64,000 nucleotides of DNA, taken from the human T2T-CHM13v2.0 reference genome, Homo sapiens. A program made the translations under genes and the position numbers. The notes beneath the pieces are model-generated. The model did no database searches. It saw nothing but the letters and a program-made list of their open reading frames with translations, and had not been told where the DNA came from. Every line of letters begins with the position of its first letter. The stretch's first letter is position 1. The stretch lies in assembly GCF_009914755.1 (NCBI RefSeq), contig NC_060936.1. One strand, 5' to 3'. Positions 27,401 to 50,384 of this stretch are shown in pieces.

Positions 27401-29981
27401 ATACAAATGGATTTAGAATAGTAGCACTCAAACATTTAAAAAAGAAGAAAGTTAAAGAATTATAGTAGAATGAAATTTTAATATTTTATTTTAGTCACTC
27501 TGGTTATTTCACTTAGCATCGTTGGAACAAATGGAACACACAGAAACATGCATACACACACACACACATCTCTCAATTGTTTGAAAAATCTGTTTGTCAC
27601 AGTACTTAAGTACTTAAGTTGAAAGTTGAAAAGTGTCTCAATGTGGGAAGGGCTAGCCCAAAAGTAATGAGATCCATCATGGCAGGTCATCAAGAAGGAC
27701 TCAGTTTCAGGCAGGTTATTATCTGTCCTTAGGGAAGTCCCTTGGAATCCTGACAAGAAAATGGAGCCAATGTTCAGGAAGTCATCAGGCCATTCAACAT
27801 CTGGGAGCTAGGGCAGCAGCTGGATTTGTGGGCAGGATTTTAGTAATTGAAACTGGGAGGTCATTTTATTTTCACTTATTGACTCCCTGTCACATTTTCT
27901 CAAATAGCTGCATTCCAAATTTTCACTAATCTTTTCTTTAAAAAAATCCTCTCTCTACATTTTTTGAGAAGATTGATGCCAACTGACACGAACTATTGTA
28001 AATGTCTATCTTACTACTGGAAATTTTTGTGTCCCTTCATCTTTATCAAACAATCAGAACAGGCACTGACTAACAGCAGCTAGTGGCGCCTGCTGAATAT
28101 CAGGCCAGATGTGTGATCTCAGATTCATCACCTGTAAAATGGGGTAAATAACACCAAACAGGTGTAAAAACTAAATGCAGAAAAATGCCTCGAATATGCC
28201 AGGTATTCAACAAATGTTAAATACAAGTGGCCTGTCCAAGTTTTGGGAACATATCATACTATCACAGCAGCCTAAAAAATCCTTACAATGTGAGAAAGTA
28301 CAGGCTTTATTAGACAGGGTCTGTCTGTTAACAGTGGATATTAGTGTGATGAGTCACAGCTCCAGCTGTGTTGCTACATTTCAAATGGAACTCTGCTGCA
28401 AGACTGTTCACACATGCTACATTTCACATGAGCCTCCTGTGCAATTTTATTCTAGGCTACCAGAAAATTTAAGCCATTTTTCAGCTCTTTAAGAACATAA
28501 GCCCTTTCACTGAGAAAATTCCAGTCCAGTGCCACACACAGTTCACTCAACTGTGCTACTTCATGCATGCTATTCTGTTCACCACTAAAAGAGACTTTCA
28601 ACATGAACTTTTCCCTCTGTGATGCAATTTTGTGTGTGTGTGTGGCGGGGGAGGATGTAAGAGCACAGTGAGAAGATAAGAGTTTTCCCGTTTTCCTCTC
28701 TACTCAAATCCCGTCTCCTCAACCCTTTTAAAACTCTCCTTACGATATTTAACAACCATTTCAGTCACTGTGGAATTCTGTTATGGAGAGTAACATGAAT
28801 TTAACTTAAGCTTTCTTTTGTGGAACTCTAGCTGGAAATTGCTCATAATTCCAGAAAATGTTTCTTAACCTCTAACGAAGTACATTTAACTTGAATTTTA
28901 AAAGATTTGAATTGCCTCTCACCTTATTCAAAATCCTTTAACGAAGAAAGCTTTCCAGTATAAAGAAACTGTTCTGAAATAAACTAGAGTTCTGAGTGGT
29001 GGCTTACTTAAAGTTGTGTTATAGCTGAGTAAGTAATATATTATTTTGAAGAGAATATAAAATTGACTTCTCTCAGCCCACTGACCCTTCCTGTCTTGTC
29101 CCCATACAATGATTTATAGGAAAAGTATTTGTAATACAGACAGTTACTTTTCTATCTTCAACTCAACTGAAAACTCAGAGAAAAACTACAGCTGGATTGG
29201 AAGAAAAGGACTTGCTTGAGACAGGGAGTAAAAACACAGCCAAAGCATGACTTTAGAAGAAAGAAAAGAACATAAAAGCTTGGCATAAGAAAAGGAAAGA
29301 ACAACTCCATTTGAGAAACTAGAAAACTATCGCAAGGCATGACTCAAAGTATAACAATATACAAAGATAATTATAACTGCATTTTTCTTTTTAAAAAGTT
29401 ATATACACACGGAAAAGAACTGAAGCAATAGATACAAAAATACCTAGGTGTGTGAAGTTGTGTGTGTATGTGTATTATTTGGGGAAAGGAAAGTGAGGAA
29501 AGAACAATCTTGCCTTGCCTCGTATTACCTAAATAACAATCTTAGTTCTTCAGTTAATTTTCCAAATGGATTACATTTTTCACAGTGAATTAGAATGGAT
29601 AGTTAGAATAAACTGGGAAACATAATAGGGAAAACTTTTAACTGTAATTCATGTACATTTATCTTGTTTGAATAAACATGAATCAGAAAATTAATATTAT
29701 TCCAGTTTACAAACTTTGAAATTACTTAAAGGCAGTTTATAAAAAATAATGTGCAAGTTTTAGCAAGTACTTCAGAGGTAATTCACAAAGCTTTTTTTGT
29801 AAATGAATAATTCTTTTATTGAAAAATAGTTATTAAGAATTGCACAAATTTTAATCAGATAGATATCTTCAGTGTGTTTTACACGTGGATAAAGAACCCA
29901 TCACATAACATTGTCAAACAAAGATACAGAAGCCATCCAGCTCACCAGTTGGAAACATCGTGTCTTAAAAGTTTTAGCAGA

Positions 29982-30481
<500 letters not shown>

Positions 30482-31218
30482 AGCACAAATTTGTTGCATA
30501 ACCATAGTCAAGTTATTTTAACTTTCTATCTCATTTTTTTTCAGCTGTTAATAGTGAGAATAACATCAACTGTTTCTAATTCATAACCCTACCGTATCGA
30601 AGGAAAGGATCACAGAAACATGCTAGAAAAGATATAAAGTTGGAAGTATAAAGTAAGATTTGTGAAAACTGCCACTTTAAATAAATGTACACAGTAAGCC
30701 ATAAACAGCATGCAAATCTGAAGTTCTCAAAACTAAGTCGGTATAACTGGCTTTTGATGTCAACATTATTGCATATTTTATAATATATTATTTGACACAG
30801 TGATCCATCTCATCCAAAATATTTCTGGTTTCTGTTGAATAATTTAAAAATATTTTAGTGTGGATTTTAAATTCTCCAAATTATATAACTTACATGAGTA
30901 ACTCAGAGTTTTAATACATTTGTCATTTGCAAATCTCTCTCCCCAACAAAACTATGAACTTTTTGAGATAATAGATTATGATATAGGGCTTTTGTAGCCC
31001 CCACCTCTACTCCATTACACGGGCATTGGATTTTGCAAATCCTAGGTACTTGACTATTTGTTAAATAAATACAGTTTAATCCTGATAAGAATAACAGCAA
31101 TAACCTGCCTGAAAATGATTCAAGTTGACACTAAGATGGCGGAAATGTAAATAGATACTTGGTACTGGATTCCCATAATTATTAATTCCCTGCCATGTTT
31201 TCTGAATAATTTTTTTTT

Positions 31219-31436
31219 GTATTTTCTGATTTCTGTGGTGCAAATGCTTCTGCTGTGGGCTATTTCAAGTACAGATATGACATCACTAAATGTCGGTTTG
31301 GGAAGGGACGTTTGGTAGCACCATTACACAGTATTCTGTAATACAGATATGACAGTTGTAAATAATGTAGTCAAATGTAGTTAAATAATTGGGAAGTGGT
31401 GAATTTTGAATATTTATTATCTTTGTTTTTAATATA
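31219..31436 (+). repeat. Copy 1 of a 218-bp local dispersed duplication (copy 2 at 32468-32686)
   Basis: Manual alignment gives about 14 substitutions and 1 indel (about 93% identity). Confidence 0.95.
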
Positions 31437-31811
31437 CTACTCCTGGAACTTACTTTTGGTAGATGCTTGTTACAACAATAGCATTGCTTGCAACTGTAAA
31501 GTTGTACCTGTCTCACCTAAGGGAGTGATGACGACGTCTATGGCTAGGACCTTTAACAACAAAACAGTAAATAGAGCAAAAAGTCACAAAAAATAGGATC
31601 AACCACCCAAAGCTACATTAGAAGAAAAATTCATAGTCGAGCCTTTTTATTATCAAATATAAGAACGATTAAAAATAATGAAACTAAATCTTCATCTCAA
31701 AGTGCTAGAAAAATAACAACAAAATCAATAAAAGAAATTGGGATAAAATGTCCACGTTTTTCCTCCAGGCATTTGCCAATTCTAGGCATGAGAAGAGAGG
31801 TAAAGATTCCA

Positions 31812-32167
<356 letters not shown>

Positions 32168-32175
32168 CTAACAGA

Positions 32176-32398
32176 AAGGTGTTTCTCAGCCTCAGCTCTA
32201 TTTACATTTTGGGATGGACAATTCTTTGTTGCGGGGAGCTGCCCTATACATTGTAGGATGTTTAGTAGCATCTCTGACCTTCCACTAGATGCCAGTAGCA
32301 TTGTCCCCACTTCTTCTGCACTTGTGACAAACAAAAATTCCTCCAGACATTCTCAAATATTCCCTGGGGCAAAATTGTCTCTTGTTGAGAACAGCTGA
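32176..32398 (-). mobile_element. MER20 (hAT-Charlie MITE)
   Basis: tttctcagcctcag...attctttgttg...ccactagatgccagtagca...ccagacatt...ccctggggcaaaatt...gttgagaacagctg matches reverse-complement MER20. Confidence 0.8.
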
Positions 32399-32419
32399 TC
32401 TAGACAACCAACAGAATGG

Positions 32420-32803
32420 TAAATCTAGCTCTAAATCAACAAATAATAAATCAAACACTGACTTTTAGTATTTTCTGATTTCTGTGGTGCAGATACTTCC
32501 ACTGTGGGCTATTTCAAGTACAGATATGACATCACTAAATGTGGGGTTGGGAAGAGATGTTTGGTAACACCATTACACAGTATTTCTGTAATACAGATAT
32601 GACAGTTGTAAATAATGTAGTTAAGTGTAGTTAAATAATTGGGAAGAGATGAATTTTGAATATTTATTTTCTTTGTTTTTAATATAATTCATTTAATTAT
32701 AAATTTACGTAATTTATTTTTAATAATGGCTATGTTTAGCAGCTAGCTCAACAGGTTCCTTAAATGATAACAATAGATTCTCCTAAGCTTCAGCACACCA
32801 CTG
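32420..32803 (-). mobile_element. hAT-Tip100 DNA transposon end (MER97/Zaphod-like); contains duplication copy 2
   Basis: Ends ttttaataatggctatgtttagc...cttcagcacaccactg, the terminus of these families as I recall it. Confidence 0.55.
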
Positions 32804-32809
32804 TAATGG

Positions 32810-35800
32810 GGGCAAACAAAAGATAGACCAAACTTAACAAAAACTGCAATCCAGCCTCCAGTCAGCTCAGTCCCCAAATTGATTAAGGTGATCTTTCACC
32901 TCCTTTCCCCAGTCTAGCTGGCTATCAGAGGATAGGATGAACCCTCTCTGGAAGAAGATTAAATTATCTGGAGTGCAATTTTTCATGCACAAAGCCTGGC
33001 ATTCATAAAAAATTACCAGGCATACCAAAGTACAGGATCAAGGGAAATAAATTGACAAAACAAACAGGTTTATACACAGCCCAGATATACAGATATTTAA
33101 GTTAGGCTTTAAAATAACTGTGATTAATATATCCAAGAAAATAGATGACAAGATGGAGAATTTCACCAGACAGCTGGAATCTATTGTAAAGAGTTAAGTA
33201 GTTTTAGGGCTGAAAAATGCAATAACTGAAAGTATAAACACAACAGATGAATTTAACAGCATATTAGACACACAAGAAAGTAGGACTGGCAGACAGCAAC
33301 AGCAAAAAACAGGTTAGTAGAAAATATCCAGACTGAAGCTAGGAGGGCAAGAAAAAATTATAGATAAGAAATATGTTTCAGTTATAACATGTATATAATT
33401 AGAGCCACAGAAAGGGAGGGAAAAGAAGATGGGAAAGCAATATTTGAAGAGATAATTGCCAAGAATTTTCTCAAACTCACAAACTTAGAAAAAAACTTCA
33501 AGCTACAGATTGAGAAAGTGCTTGAAATCTGAAACAGGATGAATAACCATATCTTATTATATCACACTGCTAAAAATCAAAGGCAAGGAGAAAATCTTAA
33601 AAACATCCAGATAAATTAACATGAAAAATAAAAAATGTAGAACTGTTAAATAAATTCTAGAGGTTGATCTTTGAAAAGACCAATAAAGTTGACCATTTCT
33701 GTCAAGTGTAGTCAAGAAAGAAGGGAGGAAAAGTATAATGTTTAAAACACTAGAAATGAGAATAAGATAAAACCACAGAGATGGAAAAAACTATTTTAAC
33801 GTAAGAGAATACTATGTATAACCCAATTCTAATAAATTAAAAATCTCAGTGAGGTGGGTAATTTTCTAAAAATAAAATAATATACAAAATTTGACTCAGG
33901 AAGAGTTACAAGACCTGAATAGACCAGCAACCTCAGAAGAAATTGAGTTATCACAAAAATAAATTATTCCTATGCTATTATAAACTGTATCAATTAAAGA
34001 AAATAGAATAAATCTTATCAACTTATTGACAAATGTAAAGTACTCCTAAAATCAAGATCTGATAAAAAGATATTCAATCAAAGAAAAACTATAGACCTAT
34101 CTGATTTATGAAAATAAAATGCACTCACATTTTATTGCAGCACTGTTCACAATAGCCAAGATTTGGGAGCAACCTAAGTGTCCATCACAGACGAATAGAT
34201 AAAGAAAATGTGATACATATACACAATGGAGTAGTATTCAGCCATAAAAAATGAGATTCAGTTATTTGCAACAACATGGATGGAACTGGAGTTCATTATG
34301 TGAAGTAAAATAAGCCAGACACAGAAAGACAAACATCACATGTTCTCACTTTTCTGTGGGTGCTAAAAATTAAAACAGTTGAACTCATGGAGAGAGAGAG
34401 AGAGTAGAAGGATGGTTACCAGAGGCTGGAACAGTTGGGGGGAAGGGAGGATGGTTAACGGGTACAAAAAATGGTTATGAAGAACAAAAAATTGAAAAAC
34501 TAAATGAGACCTAGAATTTGCTAGCACAGCAGGGAGACTGTAGTAAAAAAATAATTGTACATTAAAAAAAAAACTAAAAGAGTATAATTGGGTTGTTTGA
34601 AACAAAGGATAAATGCTTGCAGTAATGACCCCGATGTGGTAATTATGCATTGCATGCTGGTATCAAAATATCTTAGGTAACCCATAAGTATATACCTACT
34701 ATATATCCACAAAAATTAAAAATAAAAAAGAAAATAGATGTAAGAATCTTAACTAAAATATTAGTAAAAGGAATATAGCAATATGTTGAACAAGTAACAT
34801 GTCATGACAAGGTAAGGTTTATTTCAGGGATGTACAAATGGTTCAATACTGGGACATCTTAGGAAAAATATAATCATTTTAATATGTACTCAGAAGAGAT
34901 TTTATACACATTCAAAATGTATTCTTTAATTTAAAAACCTCTTAGTATAAATGAATACTATGTTTCATTAAATCTAAGAAGTCATTTGTAAGGGTATAGA
35001 AGAAAAACCAAAGTGTTTTTTTCTGTTGTCTCTCACCACTCAACACTACTACAATACAAGTTCTAGGGGAAAATAGAAGTGGGAACTTGTATAACACTGG
35101 GGTGATGTAGGCCTTTCTAAACAAGATTCCCAAAGCAGAAATAAAAAGATAAAAGACATTGGATTGGACTACTAAATATTTTACTTTTCTATAGCTCAAA
35201 AACACCATAGAGTATATTATTAAAAAAAAAACCAACAGCAGTGGCAAAAAAGCAAACTGGGAAAAATATATGCAATCCATTTGATGGACAAAAGATTCAT
35301 ATCAAAATCAATTGAGAAAGACAAACCTCAGAAAAATGGGCAGAAAATATAAACAGATACTTTTCAGAATAAGAAATACATATGATCCACAAACTTAGGA
35401 AAAAATCTTTCACCTCTTAATAATAAAAAATGAGGTAAAAAGATGAATAATTTTTTACCTACCAAATTAGTGAAGATTTCCAATATTGTCAAATTAAGTA
35501 TTGGTCAGAGTATAGGAAATTAGCACTTTCAAATACTACAGGGTAGAGTGTGAATTGGTAGTACCTTTCTGGATAGCAGTGTAATAAATTATTAAAAGTC
35601 TTAGAATTCTGCATGCCATAGGTCTAGCAATTACACTTCTAGGAACTTATTCCAAAAATCATTTTTATGCATAAAGATATAGCTACAAGAATGTTCTTAA
35701 TCATTCTTCTTATGATACAAGAAATAATTTCAATGTCCAAAATAGGAGTCTATGTAAATGAGCTATATGGTGAAAATATATCTGACATTTCAGATAATAG

Positions 35801-36030
35801 TGCAAAAGAACATTTAATTATCTGGAAAGAGATTTAAAATACATTTATAAGTCTAAAAGAGTATTAACATATGATCCCATATCTATGAAATATGCATACC
35901 TATAAATATATGCATAGGAAATAGTTTAAAAGGTTTTGTACCAAATGTTAACAGTAGTTATCTCTGGATGGTGCAATTATAGGTGATTTTTAAAATCTGT
36001 ACTTTTAAGTTTTTCTAAAATTAGCAAGTA
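32810..36030 (+). mobile_element. Ancient L1M (MC/ME-type) relic
   Basis: A-rich decayed ORF1/ORF2/3'UTR phrases: gatggagaatttcaccaga, aatatttgaagagataattgccaagaattttc, aaaactatagacc, ctagcaattacacttctaggaa. Confidence 0.7.
34120..34729 (+). mobile_element. L1MA 3' end nested in the L1M relic
   Basis: gcagcactgttcacaatagccaagatttgg...gaaagacaaacatcacatgttctcac...aaaaattaaaaataaaaaa; degenerate TSD gaaaataaaatg / gaaaatagatg. Confidence 0.8.
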
Positions 36031-38941
36031 TTTATAGGGTATCAGAAAAACACTAATTATTTTAATATTACCTTTGCTCAATGTGTTACAAACACTGAAC
36101 AATTTATTTTAAAAACTGACTTTAAACACATCATCTCTCTATGACAAAATTTATCTTTTCCCAATAATAATTTGAAAGAATGAATTAGAATGTAGTTCCA
36201 CATTTATTTTTAAAGGCCAAAATCCATATTGCCCATCTACTCACATTCGTGGTAGATACTTTGCCCACTGCCATCTCTTCTAAGTTGTTGCTGCTTCTTT
36301 CCTTTTTTATCCCTAAGTGACTGGTAATGGTGATGACTTCCTAATGAAAGGTAGCCACCGGAAGCTTAAACTGCTTAAACCTTCTGGTTTCAAATTTTCT
36401 CCCTCCTCATGACTACCTTCCATCTTCCTGTAGCACTTACACTGTCCTATTCCCAGAAGCCTAGAGGCAATCAATGAAGGGCGGGACACCAAAGTTAGAT
36501 TTGCATTTATTTTCAAATGGATTGATTTTTTTTAACTGTTTATCATGTTTGAATATTTTAAAATTGGGAATATTTTAAAGCCACCATTGGTTGAGAAATT
36601 ACCATGCATTTTGCTAAGCACTTTAAAGAAAATTGTCTCCTTTATTTTTTACAACTTAAATAGAAAATCAAAGCTCACAAAGGGTATGTAATATGCTCAA
36701 GGTAACACGGGTAGTAAGAGATGGAGCTAGGACATAGATTCATGTCTGTCTGGCCCCTAAGGCACCCTTCCCTAGCTCAATATTATGTTATAATGCTTCC
36801 CTGTATTCTGGCTGATTCTTCTTTTTGCTGAGTAATTCACCATCTGGTAGCTATCACACTCTGGTGTTAATTGGTGCTAATTTTCTGATAATGGCCAATG
36901 ACTATACTTGGATTTTAAAGTGGAAAAAGCTATGATTAAGGTGTAATACATGTGAGGTTTAAAGTCACAACTTTCCCCACTTTACTGTGTGTGACTTTGA
37001 ATAAGCTACTTAACCTCTATGAGCCTTAATTTCCTCGTTTGTAACATGAGGATAATACCCTTGTCACAAGAACTTTTGAGAGGATTAAGTAAATAATGTT
37101 GAAATGTTTTGTAAGTGGAAAAAACACTGTAAATGTGAAGCATTGATACTGAACAGTGTAAGGATTGGTATACACAGTAGTTTTCAGAACAAAGGTTCAT
37201 CAGTGAAAGGGAGGCATGCTGCTTGTTGGAATAGAGACTGGAGATCTATTAGGTAAGTACTCCTTTAAAATTCTGGGAAGGTTTGTTTGTTTACTGCATC
37301 ATATTCTGTTATTGGTCATATTCTGGGTCAGTTCTGGTTATTGCCGATTGGTGTTGATGATAACTGGTAATAATTTGCTGCAGGGGTGGGTGGGGAAAAG
37401 AGCAATTTTGCTTATTTAGAGTAAAAAGAGATCTAGAGAAACTCAGGAGACAATGGATAATTGATAGTTTTAATAGCTTACCAAATGGCCAGCCTACATC
37501 CAGAGCACTGTGTGGTTCAATATGAGACCCTCACTTTAAAAGGTTTATAGACATAAAGTGGTATGTGTATTATTTTTTCCCAGAACTGGGTCTTTTTCTA
37601 GATTTTCACCTGTTTGGTGCTTAGGTCAGTGCTTCCCACCAAGACAGCTTTGTAACAGTGATGCTTTTTCAATGTGGAAGTTTATACGGTGTGAAGAGAC
37701 ATTTTTTTACTTCCCCATTGGGCAAAAAGCTACATTCAGGGAAGAGCAGCTGATGGTTAGGAGACTCAAAACCATGTCACTTTGAAAAGACAATGGAAGA
37801 GAACTGAAAAGGCTTAGCTCAAGGGGAAAAGTCGTAGAGCTGTCAGGGTCTACTTCAGTAATTTGCAAACCTCACTGTCCATTAGAACCATACATTCCAA
37901 GTCTCTCCTCAAAGTTCTGATGTAGCAAGATTATAGTGGATTCTAGAATTTTCTTTTTAAAACTCTCCCATAATTCTTATGCTTGGTTCCCATGAGTCCA
38001 GGCGAAGGTTAAGGAAGCCCTGCCTTAGGGTGATGTCAGTAGTCATGCAACAAACACTACAAACAATAGGCATGGAGAGCTGAAAAGATTTATCAATTGT
38101 CTGAATGCGAGATTGGTGAAAAGCTATTCCTAAAGATTAATTTGATGTTTAAAACCTAGTTTGGAAAGGAAGATGATGAATTCAGTTTTGGAAGCCTGAT
38201 AGATTTGAGATTTTAACATAAAATTTCAGGTATATCAGTCTTCCCCAAAGTGTGTTCCACTGAATATTTGTTTCATCAGACCATTACATCTACATAATGC
38301 TAGTCCCAGGACATGTTGATATTGTGTTCTGTGAAAAAAATGAGTGTCATTGGACTAGGAAAATAAAAGATGGCTCATTGGGAAACACCGAATTAAAATA
38401 AGTCAAATGGTTGCTTTATCATAAAACTCATGGAGCCTACAACACACTAATGTTCATTGTAGAGCTCCAGGAGTAATACATATGTAGCACTTTCAGAATT
38501 TTTTCACCACAGAAAATTTTTATAATTGACGAAATGTTGTGAAGCTAATGTTCCTGATAACACACGTAGGAAATGCTAAAGTAGATAAGGAAGATCTTTT
38601 TTTTATTATTATTATGCTTTAAGTTTTAGGGTACGTATGCACAACGTGCAGGTTTGTTACATATGTATACATGTGCCATGTTGGTGTGCTGCACCCAGTA
38701 ACTCATCATTTAACATTAGGTATATCTCCTAATGCTATCCCTCCCCACTCACCCCACCCCACAACACGCCACGGTGTGTGATGTTCCCCTTCCTGTGTCC
38801 ATGTGTTCTCATTGTTCAATTCCCACCTATGAGTGAGAACATGTGGTGTTTGGTTTTTTTGTCCTTGTGATAGTTTGCTGAGAATGATGGTTTCCAGCTT
38901 CATCCACGTCCCTACAAAGGACGTGAAATCATCATTTTTTA

Positions 38942-40419
<1,478 letters not shown>

Positions 40420-40506
40420 TTAGAATGCTTTTGATTTTTGCACACTGATTTTGTATCCTGAGACTTTGCTGAAGTTGCCTATCAGCTTAAGGAGATTTTG
40501 GGCTTA

Positions 40507-46081
<5,575 letters not shown>

Positions 46082-49000
46082 TTTGATCGCACTGTGTTCT
46101 GAGAGACAGTTTGTTATAATTTCTATTCTTTTACATTTGGTGAGGAGTGCTTTGCTTCCAACTATGTGGTCAGTTTTGGAATAGGCGTGGTGTGGTGCTG
46201 AAAGGAATGTATATTCTGTTGATTTGGGGTGGAAAGTTCTGCAGATGTCCATTAGGTCCACCTGTTGCAGAGCTGAGTTCAGTTCCTGGATATCCTTGTT
46301 AACTTTCTATCTCGTTGATCTGTCTAATGTTGACAGTGGGGTGTTAAAGTCTCCCATTATTATTGTGTGGGAGTCTAAGTCTCTTTGTAGGTCTCTAAAG
46401 ACTTGCTTTATGAATCTGGGTGCTCCTGTATTGGGTGCATATATATTTAGGATAGTTAGCTCTTCTTGTTGAATTGATCCCTTTACCATTATGTAATGGC
46501 CTTCTTTGTCCCTTTTGATATTTGTTGGTTTAAAGTCTGTTTTATCAGAGACTAGGATTGCAACCCCTGCCTTTTTTTGTTTTCCATTTGCTTGGTAGAT
46601 CTTCCTCCATCCCTTTATTTTGAGCCTATGTGTGTCTCTGCATGTGAGATGGGTTTCCTGAATACAGCACCCTGATGGGTCTTGACTCTTTATCCAATTT
46701 GCCAGTCTGTGTCTTTTCATTGGAGCATTTAGCCCATTTACATTTAAAGTTAATGTTATTATGTGTGAATTTGATCCTGTCATTATGATGTTAGCTGGTG
46801 ATTTTGCTCGTTAGTTGATGCAGTTTCTTCTTAGCCTCGATGGTCTTCACAATTTGGCATGTTTTTGCAGCGGCTGGTACTGGTTGTTCCTTTTCATGTT
46901 TAGTGCTTCCTTCAGGAGCTCTTTTAGGGCAGGCCTGGTGGTGACAAAATCTCTCAGCATTTGCTTGTCTGTAAAGGATTTTATTTCTCCTTCACTTATG
47001 AAGCTTAGTTTGGCTGGATATGAAATTCTGGGTTGAAAATTCTTTTCTTTAGGAATGTTGAATATTGGCCCCCACTCTCTTCTGGCTTGTAGAGTTTCTG
47101 CCGAGAGATCAGCTGTTAGTCTGATGGGCTTCCCTTTGTGGGTAACCCGACCTTTCTCTCTGGCTGCCCTTGACATTTTTTCCTTCATTTCAACTTTGGT
47201 GAATCTGACAATTATGTGTCTTGGAGTTGCTCTTCTCGAAGAGTATCTTTGTGGCATTCTCTGTATTTCCTGAATCTGAATGTTGGCGTGCCCTGCTAGA
47301 TTGGGGAAGTTCTCCTGGATAATATCCTGCAGAGTGTTTTCCAACTTGGTTCCATTCTTCCCGTCACTTTCAGGTACACCAATCAGACGTAGATTTGGTC
47401 TTTTCACAGTCCCTTATTTCTTGGAGGCTTTGTTCGTTTCTTTTTATTCTTTTTTCTCTAAACTTCTCTTCTTGCTTCATTTCATTCATTTGATCTTCCA
47501 TCACTGATAACCCTTTCTTCCAGTTGATCGAATCGGCTACTGAGGCTTGTGCATTCGTCACGTAGTTCTCTTGCCATGGTTTTCAGCTCCATCAGGTCCT
47601 TTAAGGACTTCTCGGCATTGGTTATTCTATTTAGCCATTCGTTTAATTTTTTTTTAAGAAAGATCTTTAAGTTTACTACAAAGGCCAAAGGTAGATGTAT
47701 AGGTTTCATGGAAGGAATGAATAAGGCAGTGAAATGCTGCAGAGACTCACAAGAATAAGAACCAGTCATTTGAGTTGGCAATATTAGAAAATTTAGAAAA
47801 GGCAATTTTAGTGGAAGTAGTAGTGAAAGTAAGATTTTGAAGATGTTAGGATACAATCTCATGTTTTCAAACCACAAGCTGAAATGGAGACAATGTGTTA
47901 AAATATTTAAAATTGGAATTATCCCAGAAAACGTAGTCATTATAGTTATGCTACTATAGTTAAAGTAGGAGTGGTAAAGCTAACTCCTTATAATAGGAGG
48001 GGAAGTAGATTCATGGAAAGATTTTAATTTTTTGGATAAACTGAAAAAAGGTGTAAAGAGAGATGCATATAAGGTGCTAGAAATGAGGGAAAGAGGTTAA
48101 AGAACATGTAGGATAAACTTTAGAAAAGGAGATTAATTTTTCTCCTTCTGGGGGATAGGAAATTTTTTAGATGAATAATTGTGTTAGATTTTTTTAGATT
48201 AATAATTGTCAATCTATGAGATTAGTTTTCAGTATTCCGTTTTTTGGATTAGCTAGTTTCTTAGCTTGTGTATTAGTGTCAAGTATGCTTGCCTAGAGTA
48301 GGAGTTCAATACATGGCTGTTCTCATTAGTGGTGCTGTTATTTTCTCTATTTGAACATGTTACTGCTTCTTACCACCACCAGTGAGTAGACAAAAGAGAG
48401 TCCATTAAGGTCAAACCAGATAACTAACTCTATTTGGTTTATCAGTACTGCATTTCATAATCATAAGTTGGCTGGCCATGATTCCTTCTGCTGTTTATAT
48501 TTCATCTTCATTATCTTGCATTGTACTTGAAACAACCTATACTTTTGTTCATTCATGTCTTGATTTGTTTTTCAGTGGTCATTCTAGTTGCAATTTTTTT
48601 TATTCTAAGGAAACTTGCTTTATGCCGCTGGAGATTTGCACATTTTACTTCTATGTACTCACTTAAGTACATAGTGTTAATGGCAGTCGCATGACTCATA
48701 GTCTGCATAAGCATAAATTAACTCCAGTACCTCTGTAGTATGCCCCTTTGAGATTGCTCTGGAAGACCACCCAGAAGTCTGAATTTACACAGACTGCAAA
48801 GACCCATTGAACTTAAGAAAACCCAGCAGCACTGACTGACCAAATATACCTGCATCTTTCAGTATGAACGAGCTATCCATTTGCTCTTGATTGAGGTTCA
48901 AACTGTGGATCTTAAACTATAAAGGGCTTTATGGGCTGAATTATGGATACTTTAAGCAAGACCTCTTCCTTCAAATAGAGTGCTTTGCACATAGTGAGCA

Positions 49001-49474
49001 CTCCATAAATGCTCTTGACTGACTATGACTTAATGAATGTTTAGACCTTCCAGTGAACTTCTTTTCATGCTTTCCAGATTTGAAGGAAGGGTTCTTGATA
49101 TTGAATATTTGTCTTTCTTATTAGTTTTGCTTGGGGGCTTACTATAGTGTAATTTTACTGACCACAGAAAATTTATCTTTTTAGTGATGAATTATTTTAG
49201 GTGGTCTGTTGGCCCTGCCTGAGTAATCAATGGAATCTAAGGTTTTATAATTTGATTCATGTGTTCAGAGACAATAGCTGAAAAATAAAATAATAGTTTT
49301 AATAAGTTCACCAAGAAAGTAGCAAATGTATTATTTTTTGCCTCGGGGCTGGGTCTTTTTCTGATGGATTTTTCACTTGTTTGGTTCTTAGTTCATTGCT
49401 TCTCACAAAGACAACTTTATAACAGTGCTGCTTAAAAACTTTTCAATGTGAAAGTTTATACAATGTGAGGGGAC

Positions 49475-49568
49475 TTTTTTAAAAAAAATTTATTCCCATA
49501 GGTTATTGAGGAACTGGTGGTATTTGGTTACATGAGTAAGTTCTTTAGTGGTGATTTGTGGGATTTTG
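49475..49568 (-). mobile_element. Very short L1PB-type 3'-end insertion
   Basis: ataggttattgagg...gtatttggttacatgagtaagttctttagtggtgatttgtg, flanked by TSD gtgaggggac (49465-49474 / 49569-49578). Confidence 0.8.
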
Positions 49569-50384
49569 GTGAGGGGACATATTTTACTTCCTCATTAGGC
49601 AAAAAGTTACTTTGGAAATTACTAATATAAACAAATTGGAGTAATTAGAAAGATAGAATGTTCTATTTTAAATAGGTGAGATTTTCTTAGCTTTAAAAGA
49701 ACATTCAGGTTAGTGGTTCTCAGGATTAGCTAGAGAACTTAAAAGTATAGATTTCCAAATTCTTCAATTGTGCTTTTCAAAAGGTTAATGTAATTCAGAT
49801 AATAATACATGTTCTTGAATTATTGATTTGGGCCCAGGGAACAAGTGGTTTAGTACAGATTTTCTGTCCCCAAGTTAAGTCAAGAAACATTTTATACTAT
49901 CTCTTTTCAAGGCAGTTATATACTATTCTATTATAAAGTAGGCTTTTAGTATCCTTATGATTTTTTTAAAAACAAGAAAATTATATGAATCTAATATCCT
50001 GTGTCGGACCATGCAGCTTGAAGTTTTCTTATTGATCCTAGTAGCTCACGAGAATAAACCAGGAATAAGGAACAAATTGAAGTGGCAAATGACTCCAAAG
50101 GAACAAAACTTACTCTTCCTTCATTTCTTCCCCATATACTAAATGAAGGTACTACTCATTATCCACCCAGTTACCGGAGCAAAAAGCCTAGCAGTCATCT
50201 TTAATTATTCTTTCCCTCACCTCCCATATCTAGTCTACCAATGCATTTTGCTCCACCTCCACGCACCTTCAAAATATATCCTGAGTCTGACTCCTCTTCA
50301 TATCCATTGCTCCTGCTCTAGTCTAAGCCACCATCATCTTTATCCGCTTTGACCTGAACTATTATAAGCCTGTCTTCTTTGGCT